NCBI RefSeq assembly: GCF_024741815.1
Contig: NZ_CP102951.1
Span: 2,551,115-2,583,114, forward strand
Reading direction: 5' to 3'
DNA: 32,000 nt
Source of the DNA: Pseudomonas sp. LS1212
Lineage (GTDB): Bacteria > Pseudomonadota > Gammaproteobacteria > Pseudomonadales > Pseudomonadaceae
Made by a program: the position numbers and the translations under genes. Each line of letters starts with the position of its first letter. The stretch's first letter is position 1. The notes under the pieces were generated by a model. The model ran no database searches, was not told the origin of the DNA, and saw nothing but the letters and a program-made list of their open reading frames with translations. This document shows positions 1 to 8,524 of the stretch, piece by piece.

Positions 1-143
1 GAATCATAGGCCAGCAGGCCGGACCCGGTGCGGTCTGGGCTGGAATCCAGTTTGACCCCGACCAGGCCGAGCGCATCGATGCCAAAGCCGAGGGTGCCCT
101 CGGTGTAGCCAGACTGCACGTTGAGGATAAAGCCTTGGGCCCA
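1..143 (-). pseudogene. OprD-family outer-membrane porin, internal fragment without its 5' end; continues past the window start
   Basis: Minus-strand translation (codons ending at 3,6,9...) gives [47 protein letters not shown]. This matches the conserved N-proximal block of OprD porins (..[34 protein letters not shown]..). A TGA lies about 10 codons upstream in this frame, and there is no start codon or signal peptide. Confidence 0.6.
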
Positions 144-429
144 AAGTTTTGCAATCAAGTAGTGCGTGGCACATCAGTTTGAAACTGCCACGCCGCATTG
201 GATGACTGTCGATACCGAAGTACTCGTCATCCAGCAGATCCGCCAACGCGACCCAGAGGCGAGCGAATGCGGCGGCCGAGACTCTGGACCGTGGGGACTC
301 CAGCAATTGAGGATCGATGTCGGCCTTTTGTAGTGCAAGTGACACGTCCATGTGGCGTTGTCTGGCACTGTAAAGCGCTTCATGCACCAGGCCGATTGAC
401 GTGGTTCCTTTGTCTTGGGCTGTAGCCAT
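139..429 (-). pseudogene. AraC-family transcriptional regulator, N-terminal ~96 codons only (truncated)
   Basis: [97 protein letters not shown] resembles the ligand-binding/dimerisation N-terminal domain of AraC-type regulators. A GGAGA SD sits upstream of the ATG at 429. After ..CKTLG the frame becomes Arg/Pro-rich nonsense because it reads the porin fragment out of frame. No HTH domain is present. Confidence 0.6.
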
Positions 430-576
430 GACTTCTCCGTTCTATTGACGGCTGTGCTCGGTCAATGCATATGTGCCCCAGGTGCCCCGGAAAACTACGC
501 AAAACGTCGGAGCGCACCAGGTCGGAATGTGTAAGCCCCATGATTGCTGGCACTAATGGGCTGAGAGCACTGGCCT

Positions 577-1491
577 TCACAGACTATCCGGATCCCCGAA
601 GAACATCTGAATCCGAGACCGCAACCAGCGCTCCCCCGGGTCATTGTCCTGCGACCCACGCCAGGCCATGTGCAGCTCGAACGACTGGACATCGATCGGC
701 AGCTCTTCGGCACGCACGCCGCCGGCGGCGGTCAGGGCGTCGGCCGTATAGTCGGGCACGGTTGCGACGATATCGGTGCCGGCCAGCAGCGTGCTCAACC
801 CATTGAACTGAGGCACGGCCAGCACCACGTGACGCTTGCGCCCGACTTTTTCAAGCTCAGCGTCGACGAACCCGCTCAGGTCGCCGGCAAACGAAACCAG
901 CGCATGGGGCCTGGAGCAGAAGTCGTCCAGGCTCAGCGCGCCCGGCATGGTGTCGGCGCGCAGCAGCTTCGGCTTGCTGCGGCGCAGCACCTTGCGCTTG
1001 GCATTGGCCGGCAGGTCGGCGGTGTAGCTCACTCCGATGGAGATTTCCCCGGAGGCCAGCAAGGAGGGCATCAGAATATAGTTGACCCGTCGCACCACCA
1101 GGACAATGCCAGGCGCTTCGGCGCGCACGCGCTTGAGCAGCATCGGCAGCAAGGCGAATTCGGCATCGTCGGACAGGCCGATGCGAAACACTGCGTTGCT
1201 GGTGGCCGGGTCGAAATCGGCCGCGCGGCTGACCGCGGTAGAGATGGAATCGAGTGCCGGCGAGAGCAGGGCGAAGATTTCCACCGCCCTGGCCGAGGGT
1301 TCCATGCTGCGGCCGGTACGGACGAACAAGGGGTCGTCGAACAGGTTGCGCAAGCGCGACAGGGCCGCGCTGATGGCCGGCTGCCCCAGGAAGAGTTTTT
1401 CCGCCGCACGCGTCACACTGCGCTCATGCATCAGTGTTTCGAATACGATCAGCAGGTTCAGATCGACGCGACGCAGGTCGTTACGGTTCAT
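577..1491 (-). CDS. LysR-family transcriptional regulator
   Basis: 304 aa. The N-terminal wHTH is LNLLIVFETLMHERSVTRAAEKLFLGQPAISAALSRLRNLFDDPLFVR, followed by a LysR substrate-binding-like domain. It is divergent from the oxidoreductase gene. Confidence 0.9.
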   Translation of the reverse strand: MNRNDLRRVDLNLLIVFETLMHERSVTRAAEKLFLGQPAISAALSRLRNLFDDPLFVRTGRSMEPSARAVEIFALLSPALDSISTAVSRAADFDPATSNAVFRIGLSDDAEFALLPMLLKRVRAEAPGIVLVVRRVNYILMPSLLASGEISIGVSYTADLPANAKRKVLRRSKPKLLRADTMPGALSLDDFCSRPHALVSFAGDLSGFVDAELEKVGRKRHVVLAVPQFNGLSTLLAGTDIVATVPDYTADALTAAGGVRAEELPIDVQSFELHMAWRGSQDNDPGERWLRSRIQMFFGDPDSL

Positions 1492-1704
1492 CTGGTTCGC
1501 TTCACTGGGCTGTCAGGAATGGGGCTCGGAGTGAATCTTACGGGCAAAGGCTGTTACCCTGCATCGGAAAATTTGATTTTTGCCGCTGTAGAATGGATCT
1601 GCAATCAATGACAGGCATGTCGACTATTAATGGCCACTGATGGTCTAACCGGTAAAGCCCGGATAGAGTTCATGGCATTAGAGGTTTATTTGGCGAGGTT
1701 TGCG

Positions 1705-2727
1705 ATGTCCCGCACGATTCGTTTTCACAAGTTTGGCCCGGCCGAGGTGCTCAAGTGCGAAGAGCAGGTACCTGTGCAGCCCGCACCCGGTGAGGTGCAA
1801 ATACGTGTCGAAGCGATCGGCATCAGTTGGTATGACGTGCTTTGGCGCCAGAACCTGGCACCGTCCCAGGCGCATCTGCCTGCCGGGCTGGGTCATGAAA
1901 TGGCAGGCATCGTGCTGGCAGTGGGCGAGGGCGTGGACGATCTGGCAGTGGGCGACAAGGTGGCCAGCTTCCCGGCCGAGAGCCCCAACCAGTATCCGGT
2001 CTACGGCGAAGTGATCGTATTGCCACGCACGGCCCTGACCCGCTACCCGGACATCCTGACCCCGATCGAGGCCAGCGTGCATTACACGCCGTTGCTGATC
2101 GCCTATTTTGCCTATGTCGACCTGGCGCGGTTCAAGCCAGGGCAAACCGCGCTGATCACCGATGCCAGCCATTGTGCCGGCCCTTCGTTCGTGCAATTGG
2201 GCAAGGCACTGGGTATCAAGGTCATCGCGGCGACCAAATCCGCAGATGAGCGCGAGTACCTGCTGTCGTTGGGCGCCGACAAGGTCATCGTCACCGAGGA
2301 GCAGGATCTGCTCATGCAGATCAGGAAGTACACCGACGGGCGTGGCGTCGACATGGCCCTGGATGGCCTGGGCGGCCCGCAGATGTCACTGTTGGGCGAT
2401 GCCCTGGCGCCGCGCGGCAGCCTGGTCCTGTACGGCTTGCAAGGCGGCAACCAGACGCCATTCCCGGCCTGTGCAGCGTTCCAGAAGAACATTCAGTTCT
2501 TCGTGCACTGCCTGGGCAACTTCACCGGCAAGCCGGAGCTGGGCATTACCCAGGATCAGGTCGCATTGCAGCGAGCCCTGCGCGATATCAATCAGATGAC
2601 CGCGGATCGGGTCCTGGTGCCGCAAATCACCCGGGTCTATCCGTTCGAGCAGTTCGTCGAAGCGCATCGCTACATGGACGAGTGCCCGTGTCGCGGCCGG
2701 GTGGCGTTGCAGATGCCCCCCGCCTGA
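1705..2727 (+). CDS. Zinc-type alcohol dehydrogenase / NADPH:quinone oxidoreductase family (MDR superfamily)
   Basis: MSRTIRFHKFGPAEVLKCEEQ..GEVQIRVEAIGISWYDVLWRQN..GHEMAGIVLAVGEGV is a typical MDR N-terminal GroES-like fold. I chose the ATG at 1705 (GAGG 8 nt upstream) over the ORF-track start at 1630. Confidence 0.85.
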   Translation: MSRTIRFHKFGPAEVLKCEEQVPVQPAPGEVQIRVEAIGISWYDVLWRQNLAPSQAHLPAGLGHEMAGIVLAVGEGVDDLAVGDKVASFPAESPNQYPVYGEVIVLPRTALTRYPDILTPIEASVHYTPLLIAYFAYVDLARFKPGQTALITDASHCAGPSFVQLGKALGIKVIAATKSADEREYLLSLGADKVIVTEEQDLLMQIRKYTDGRGVDMALDGLGGPQMSLLGDALAPRGSLVLYGLQGGNQTPFPACAAFQKNIQFFVHCLGNFTGKPELGITQDQVALQRALRDINQMTADRVLVPQITRVYPFEQFVEAHRYMDECPCRGRVALQMPPA

Positions 2728-2776
2728 AGGCGGCTTGCAGCGGCGTGAAGCCTGTTGCTCCTCGTTGTTTCCCTAT

Positions 2777-2810
2777 AGCGCCAAGGCTGACTGCCTTGGC
2801 GCTTCTTTAT
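2777..2810 (+). terminator. Rho-independent terminator after the oxidoreductase gene
   Basis: Perfect 11-bp stem AGCGCCAAGGC / GCCTTGGCGCT with loop TGACT, followed by TCTTTAT. Confidence 0.7.
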
Positions 2811-3386
2811 ATGCAGATTATTCCGATCTTGCTTTAGGAAATTTCCTCTTGGTTAATCATGGTGGATAAACCTATTCCTCGGTTATTTTTGCGGTTTATA
2901 GGGGCTTGTGTCTCTCTTCTTGATGTTGCCTGGGATTTGAAGAAAAACTGAACTGGTTTTTTGCTGGATTCTGTATCTTTTAATCACTGCACAAGTGCCG
3001 ATAATAGCTCACTCACCGTATTCTCACGGAATGAGACATGATCGTACATCCGCTTCGTATTACGTGTTTTTCAGTGCTCGATGGTGAGCTTTCCGAACCC
3101 TGTACTTGCCGTCAAGGCATGCGTGTGTGCAGGTTTGAGCGAACACAGAAGATTTAAAGTTTCTGTTTAATCTGTGATGAATTCGCCGGTAAACAGTTGT
3201 AGGAAGTTATTGGAAAATTCCTAGGATGTCGCAATTAAAAGACGACCACTCCTGACGGGAGTGGTTTGCCCGGTTACGCGTACTTGGCGCGTTGTTCGGC
3301 GATCCCTGTTTGCTGCCAAACGTTAATCTGTGTCGCGCTACTTGGCCGTGCCGAGCGTGACCGTCATTGAATGTCAGGTAAAAGCT

Positions 3387-4871
3387 ATGAGCACGACTCA
3401 CGATCAGGCCATGAAAAACGTATACCACCAGGTATTGCAGCGGATGCTCAGCTATTTCTCCATTGCGCAGAAAACTTCATTGCAACTGTTGATCCAGCGA
3501 CTGATCGTGGCCGCCGGAGGGATCGAGCGTATTGGCGGGTTCAGAGTCATGCTGGCTTACGGGGGTGGCAAGGACAGCTCCCACGCGCTGGCATTCCTGC
3601 GCGCTGCACAATTGAGCATCGCGGCCCGTGCGCCGGATACCTTCGACCTGCGCGTGGCAACCTGTCGCCACGCAGGCATCACCTCTGCGGTGATGGAGAA
3701 CATCCAGCGTAGCTATCGTGCCTTGTTCGCCGATGACGACCCCCGGGTTGAAGTGCTGATGGTCGATGATTGCCAGATATTGCCTTTTGACGCCGATGCA
3801 CGCCTTTCAACGGCCACCTGTAAATCCAATCGCATGGACTTGCTGATGGCCGGTCATCTGACCGGCGGCCAGGCACGCGCCTCGTTTTGCAATAGCTGCT
3901 ATTTGTCCCTGGCGGATTTCTATCGACGCATCATGGCCTGGGAAGGCGGCGTCGACCTGGTAGTGGGCGCCGACCTGCCGTCCGAGCAGGCAAGGTACCT
4001 GGCCTGGGGCAGGAGTACCTTGCGTGACGCCGGGTTGTTGCGCACCGAGGCAGCCCCCCGGCACGGGGCCTTGCTGGAGCAATTCGAGCCCTTGGGGCAT
4101 GAATATTATCGGCAACTCCACGGCGAGAATCATATCGGCGCGGCCCCTTTACCCAGTCTGCCGATAGAACCGCGCTTTTTGTCGATTCATGACCTGGTTC
4201 ATGTGCCCAACCCGGCGAAAAGCACATTGCTCACCGAGTTTCTCGGGTTCCGGTACGCCGACCTTGCGTTCGCCTTCAGTGAATCCGATTGTGCCAATCC
4301 CTTGTTGATGGCCCATATGCGTGGGCTGCGTGCCCAGTTCCTGCAGAACCGCAGTTATCGCGAGGGCATCGACGAGTACCTGCAACTGGCCGAGGCCATG
4401 ATGCGACGCAAGCGCATGCCCGCCGAACTGATCGAGCAGGCCCTGGCTGCCTACCGGGGCGAGGCTGGCTTGAAACAGCGGCGCCAGTTGGCGACCGATT
4501 TTGCGCAACAAGCCTATGGCTTGAGCGAGGTACAACTGGTTTGCCTGCTGCACGCGCCCTTCGTCAGCCAGGGGCGGGACCTGGAAGCTTTTCTACGCCA
4601 CTGTCATCCAGGCATGCTGGTCGCATTGCCGTATCTGCACAAGGCGCTGCAGGGCAAGGCTTCGCCTGAGCCGGTGATGCAGTGGCTGGTGGATATCAGC
4701 GGTTTGCCGCAAGAGGCGCTGCAGCGTTTGTACCGCATGCAAAGGGCGGACGGGCTCGACCGTAGTTCGCTGATTGCCCGTGTGCGTGCCAGTGACCCGG
4801 ACAAGTGCCGCATCAAGGCGCATGACCCGCGCACTGGAAAAACGGCCTTCGAGCTTGTCTGCGGTCGCTGA
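3387..4871 (+). CDS. PP-loop ATP pyrophosphatase, TtcA-like N-terminal domain with an unrecognised ~270-aa C-terminal region
   Basis: PP-loop variant RVMLAYGGGKDSSHAL (canonical SGGxDS, with the first Ser replaced by Gly). About 120 aa downstream comes ARASFCNSCYLSLADFY, then VDLVVGADLPSEQ. This parallels E. coli TtcA (CLSGGKDS .. TTCSLCSRLRRG .. IALGHHRDD). Start taken at ATG 3387 (AGGT SD) rather than the GTG at 3330. The stop overlaps the next gene's ATG (TGATG). Confidence 0.7.
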   Translation: MSTTHDQAMKNVYHQVLQRMLSYFSIAQKTSLQLLIQRLIVAAGGIERIGGFRVMLAYGGGKDSSHALAFLRAAQLSIAARAPDTFDLRVATCRHAGITSAVMENIQRSYRALFADDDPRVEVLMVDDCQILPFDADARLSTATCKSNRMDLLMAGHLTGGQARASFCNSCYLSLADFYRRIMAWEGGVDLVVGADLPSEQARYLAWGRSTLRDAGLLRTEAAPRHGALLEQFEPLGHEYYRQLHGENHIGAAPLPSLPIEPRFLSIHDLVHVPNPAKSTLLTEFLGFRYADLAFAFSESDCANPLLMAHMRGLRAQFLQNRSYREGIDEYLQLAEAMMRRKRMPAELIEQALAAYRGEAGLKQRRQLATDFAQQAYGLSEVQLVCLLHAPFVSQGRDLEAFLRHCHPGMLVALPYLHKALQGKASPEPVMQWLVDISGLPQEALQRLYRMQRADGLDRSSLIARVRASDPDKCRIKAHDPRTGKTAFELVCGR

Positions 4872-6274
4872 TGAACAGGCAACGGAAAACGGGTTTCGCC
4901 TACCAGGCGGTCTATCGCTACCTATCGACCCTGGTCAACGAAGTCGCACCCGGAACGCGGAAAAAACTGCCGTCATTGCGTGATTTGTCCCGGCGCTTGA
5001 AAGTGTCCATTTCAACCATTCAATACGCCTATTCCTTGCTGGAAAGCGAAGGGCGGATCTATTCGGTCGCCAAATCCGGGTATTTCGCCATGCCGCCCGG
5101 TAGCCGGGGCGTCTGTCAGAATGAAAAGGACATGCTGCAGACGATGCAGTATTACGCCAATCGGCCGGACATGCTGGTGTTGAGTCGCGTCGAGCCGACG
5201 GCGTTGATGTCGCTGGACAACCCGCTGTTGATGCTCGAGCGCGAACTGCTGCGACAGAATCCGCGCTGGCAGGGCAGTATCCGGCAACCTTGCGGCGAGC
5301 TTGAATTGCGTGCAGCCCTGGCGGCACGTTACACCCGCTCGGCGCAGCACTATTGGTGCGCCGATGACGTTTACATCGGCGTCGATGTACGGGCGGTGCT
5401 GGAGATCATGTTGAGCGCGCTCGAGCTGCGCGGCAGTACCGTGCTGGTTTCGTCGCCGTGCTCCTGGATGATTCTGCGGGTATTGCAGGCCGCTGGCCTG
5501 CGCATTATCGAAGTACCGCTTTGCCAGGCCGGTCGCCTGGACCTGGAACAGTTCAAGCGGTTGCTGCGCAGCGAACCGGTGCGGCTGGTGTTGCTGTGTT
5601 CGGGCGTGAGTTCGCCCCAGGGCAGCCTGATGCCCGAATCGGACAAGCGCGCCATTGCCCGGCTGTTGGAGCTTCATGGGGCATGGCTGCTGGAAAACGA
5701 TCTGGATGGCGAGTTCTGTTTTGGCGACGAGCCGGGGCAGAAACTGCGTGATCTGGTCAATCCCGATCGCTTGCTGGTGTTTTCTTCGCTCGAGAAGATC
5801 GTCGGCCCCGAAGCCCCCTACGGTTATCTGCTGTCCCGGCATTTCAGCGCGCAACTGCAGCGGCACTTTCTGTTGCGTTCATTTCGCATGCCCCCCATTC
5901 GCCAGCGGGCCATCGCCCGCTTGTATCGCAAGGGCCGGATAGACCTTCACCTGCAGCAATTGCGGCGCTACCTGCAAGAATGCCTGTATGGCCTGGCCCG
6001 GCAACTCCAGGAGCATCTGGGTGAACAACTGCATCTGAGCTTGCCCATGGGCGGTGCCGGGCTCTGGACCCGGGTCGTGGAGCCAGTGGAGCCACGGCGG
6101 GTATTCGAGCGCTTGCTCGAGCGCAGGATAGTCATCGCCCCGGGGGAAATTTTCAGTTTGCAGGGGTTGCACCGGCAATATTTTCGCCTCGGTTTCCCGC
6201 AGGACGGTCGTCAGGATCTCACTTGGGCGCTCCAGGCCATTAGTGAGGTGCTGCGCCAGGAACGCCTGGAGTGA
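4871..6274 (+). CDS. MocR-subfamily GntR regulator (wHTH fused to a PLP-dependent aminotransferase-fold domain)
   Basis: N-terminal GntR HTH LPSLRDLSRRLKVSISTIQYAYSLLESEGRIYSVAKSGYF, followed by a ~380-aa fold-type-I aminotransferase-like domain. This includes the SSLEKIVGPEAPYGY block, which corresponds to the SxSK PLP-lysine motif of MocR proteins. Confidence 0.85.
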   Translation: MNRQRKTGFAYQAVYRYLSTLVNEVAPGTRKKLPSLRDLSRRLKVSISTIQYAYSLLESEGRIYSVAKSGYFAMPPGSRGVCQNEKDMLQTMQYYANRPDMLVLSRVEPTALMSLDNPLLMLERELLRQNPRWQGSIRQPCGELELRAALAARYTRSAQHYWCADDVYIGVDVRAVLEIMLSALELRGSTVLVSSPCSWMILRVLQAAGLRIIEVPLCQAGRLDLEQFKRLLRSEPVRLVLLCSGVSSPQGSLMPESDKRAIARLLELHGAWLLENDLDGEFCFGDEPGQKLRDLVNPDRLLVFSSLEKIVGPEAPYGYLLSRHFSAQLQRHFLLRSFRMPPIRQRAIARLYRKGRIDLHLQQLRRYLQECLYGLARQLQEHLGEQLHLSLPMGGAGLWTRVVEPVEPRRVFERLLERRIVIAPGEIFSLQGLHRQYFRLGFPQDGRQDLTWALQAISEVLRQERLE

Positions 6275-6734
6275 GCAAAATCCGAGGCCTCGAATCGTTC
6301 CATTTTTGAGACTCTTCAGCTCAGTCTGGCGACTACCGAAGGCAAAATTCAGGAACTACTGTGTATCTCCCGCCCCATTGGCGCCGACATTCAGTCGCAC
6401 CGATGGAACACTGGAGAGGGCGCAGGCCTGAGCTTATCGACCGCCTGCCCTCGCTGATACACGAGGAGATGGAAATGAGCGCTTCCGTTAACGCAGCGTA
6501 TGAATCCCCTACAGGCCACGTGGATAGCGGGTTTCAGCGGATCGTGTCATTCGTCGTACCACGGACAGATACCACGGTTCGGCACAGGGCTTGCAGCGAT
6601 GCAGGCCCTTGGCGTTTCGGGTCGGGGTTACGTTGGGGTCACGACACCGCTTCGATCAAGCGCACGATATCGGGCTGCCCTCGGTGTTCGGCCTGCCACA
6701 AATCATAGGCCGCCTGCATGGCCACTGGCGCACA

Positions 6735-6766
6735 ACAAAAAAGCCCCCACCGCTTCGATGGGGGCG
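6735..6766 (-). terminator. Rho-independent terminator after isochorismatase paralog A
   Basis: On the minus strand: GCCCCCA-tcgaagcgg-TGGGGGC followed by TTTTTTG, about 15 nt after the stop at 6782. Confidence 0.7.
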
Positions 6767-6781
6767 ATACAGCGGATACGA

Positions 6782-7462
6782 TTACTTGCGCTGTGAATCA
6801 AGCACTTCCTTGTTATTCACCACATCTTGCGCCTTCATGTAACTTTCGATCAGCAGTTGGTAGGCCGGGAAAATTTTGGTGTAAACCTCAGCCCATTGCT
6901 GAGCATCGTCTCGGTTCCAGGTTTTTTGCAGCTCAGAAGCGACTGCGCCCGTATCCATCGGTACTACACCAGCCTGGACCACACGAGCGAGCGTAATTTC
7001 CTGCGCCATCTTGGTGTAGGTGCCCGAGGCATCCACCACGACGAAGACCTGATAACCGTCATGGACGGCGCTGATGGCGGGGAAGGCCATGCACACGCTG
7101 GTGATGGTGCCGGCAATGATAAGTTGCTTCTTGCCAGTGGCTTTCACTGCGGCCACGAAATCCGGATTGTCCCAGGCATTGATCTCACCCTTGCGCGCCA
7201 CGTACTGGGCGTGAGGAGCATTTTCATGAATCTCGGGGATCAGGGGGCCGTTCGGGCCTTGCGGTACGGAGGCAGTGGTGATGACCGGAATCTTGGCTAG
7301 CGTTGCCATCTTGGCCAGTGCCGCAGCGCGCAGGCGTAGCTCGGGCATCGGCATATCGCCCACTGTCTGGAACAGACCACTCTGGTGATCGATCAGCAGC
7401 ATGACGGCGTTGGATGGGTCAATGGCAGGTCTCTGGTTGTTAAAGTTAGCAGGCGTGCTCAT
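6782..7462 (-). CDS. Isochorismatase-family (cysteine hydrolase, YcaC-like) protein, paralog A
   Basis: 226 aa. Contains [60 protein letters not shown] (catalytic Cys context) and VVVDASG. A strong GAGGAGAG SD lies upstream. Confidence 0.9.
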   Translation of the reverse strand: MSTPANFNNQRPAIDPSNAVMLLIDHQSGLFQTVGDMPMPELRLRAAALAKMATLAKIPVITTASVPQGPNGPLIPEIHENAPHAQYVARKGEINAWDNPDFVAAVKATGKKQLIIAGTITSVCMAFPAISAVHDGYQVFVVVDASGTYTKMAQEITLARVVQAGVVPMDTGAVASELQKTWNRDDAQQWAEVYTKIFPAYQLLIESYMKAQDVVNNKEVLDSQRK

Positions 7463-7715
7463 GGGGACTCTCCTCGGATGGGATGGCGACGATCAGGCCG
7501 CCGAAAAAACCCTCATAGCGTCATGACGCCATGAAGGAACTCAATGGGCGATTTGTCCAAAGCGCCCGCTGTTGAAATCGTTGATCGCCTGAACGATCTC
7601 GTCTTGCGTGTTCATGACGAAGGGGCACACCAACACGTAGGCTACAATCACAGGGCGCCGATTTCCCATTTGCAGGGGCGCTCGCCAAGTACCTGCTAAG
7701 TGTGGAGATACCAAA

Positions 7716-7886
7716 ATGCTCATCGCCATCATCATCGACCAAGAAAGCCTAGACGCATTTGTCCATCCTGCCCTTGACCTTGTGAGCGGGTGCCTCATCG
7801 AACTGGAAGCACCAGTGCAACTGGAGTTGTTCCCTACGCAAAATCTGCCGCAGCATAGCCCTGCGATTGATCCGGATTTCACCTAG
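7716..7886 (+). pseudogene. Displaced chromosomal 5' fragment of isochorismatase paralog B (56-codon ORF running into the island end)
   Basis: The ORF ends ..ELFPTQNLPQHSPAIDPDFT*. The segment PTQNLPQHSPAIDP aligns with the N-termini of paralog A ([14 protein letters not shown]) and paralog B ([13 protein letters not shown]). Homology stops at the 12-bp repeat, and a stop follows 3 codons later. The true original start codon is uncertain. Confidence 0.35.
7864..7875 (+). repeat. Candidate attL core (CGATTGATCCGG)
   Basis: Exact 12-nt direct repeat of 18634-18645. It lies 8 nt from the stop of the last island gene. In both copies it encodes the IDP of an isochorismatase N-terminus. Confidence 0.55.
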
Positions 7887-8524
7887 CGCGGTTTCCGGAA
7901 GCGTTGCCCATTGATCGTGATCGACGGTGCCGGGCTGGGCCGGACAGGACCGGGGCCACACTGCTCGGCACTCGAACCAACGTAGTTTGTCAGGTTGGCT
8001 TCCTTGGTCTGCCGAATCAGTCTCTGGTCGGCGCGCTCTTCATCGGTCAGTGGTAGCTCACTGGCCCAACGTTCGCGCTCGGGGTCAGGCATGGGTTCAG
8101 GGGGTAGCAAGGGCATGGCATCAGGACGCTGCCAGTGCGGGTCACAGGCTTGCTGCGGTGTCGGCTGGACATCGATGGCGGGCTCTTGGTCCTTGCGCGC
8201 GTACGCGGCTTTGGACAAAGCGAAAGCAATCCTGCGAGCGGCTTCAAATTCAGTGTCGATGTTGATCTGCACATTGGTCTGGATATCGACGGCATCATCG
8301 CGTGCCATCGGCGGCATCAACCGCGACAGGCAGTCGCGGATGAAGGCTTCGGGTTTGGTCTTGGCGTAGTCGAGGAGAAAGGCTGCACCGCCCATGGCTT
8401 GGTACACCGCCAAGATGTCATTGGCGATTTCGCCGCCGATTAATTGCCGCTGGTTTTTATCCAAGCTGCCTTTAACCCTGCCGCCAGATTTGACGCAACC
8501 GGGTTTTCGACCACGGGTTGCCAT
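7883..8524 (-). CDS. Hypothetical protein; tentatively small-terminase-like (function uncertain)
   Basis: 213 aa. The basic Gly-rich N-terminus MATRGRKPGCVKSGGRVKGSLDKNQ followed by ..FLLDYAKTKPEAFIRDCLSRLMPP resembles N-termini I associate with phage TerS proteins. It is the last gene before the att core. Its start abuts the upstream stop (TAAATG). The gene call is solid; the product call is weak. Confidence 0.55.
   Translation of the reverse strand: MATRGRKPGCVKSGGRVKGSLDKNQRQLIGGEIANDILAVYQAMGGAAFLLDYAKTKPEAFIRDCLSRLMPPMARDDAVDIQTNVQINIDTEFEAARRIAFALSKAAYARKDQEPAIDVQPTPQQACDPHWQRPDAMPLLPPEPMPDPERERWASELPLTDEERADQRLIRQTKEANLTNYVGSSAEQCGPGPVRPSPAPSITINGQRFRKPR

Noticed and set aside
4-429. 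The 141-aa ORF taken as one intact protein
   Set aside because: The last ~45 residues are out-of-frame read-through of an OprD-porin fragment. I treat it as two gene remnants instead.
670-1611. 313-aa plus-strand ORF
   Set aside because: It is antisense to the LysR regulator, has Gly/Arg/Gln-rich composition and no motif, so it is a shadow ORF. The same reasoning applies to 5012-5866(-), 10022-10624(+), 14362-15066(+), 17533-18258(+), 20166-20915(-), 23474-24187(-), 26833-27780(-) and 28031-29050(-).
3207-3428. 73-aa minus-strand ORF overlapping the PP-loop gene start
   Set aside because: It has no SD, an odd composition, and overlaps the supported plus-strand start region.
7704-7712. GGAGATACC versus GAGATACCAC (18487-18496) as att repeats
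   Set aside because: Only 9 nt match (12 of 13 with an indel), and the reverse complement of the same 9-mer also occurs inside the island at 12127-12135. The exact 12-mer at 7864/18634, with coding homology on both sides, is a much better candidate.
7541-7882. 113-aa minus-strand ORF between isochorismatase A and the island
   Set aside because: Its 5' two-thirds are antisense to the displaced isochorismatase 5' fragment and are compositionally implausible. Only the last ~25-40 codons (..MNTQDEIVQAINDFNSGRFGQIAH) look coding-like, and I cannot assign them. Left unannotated.
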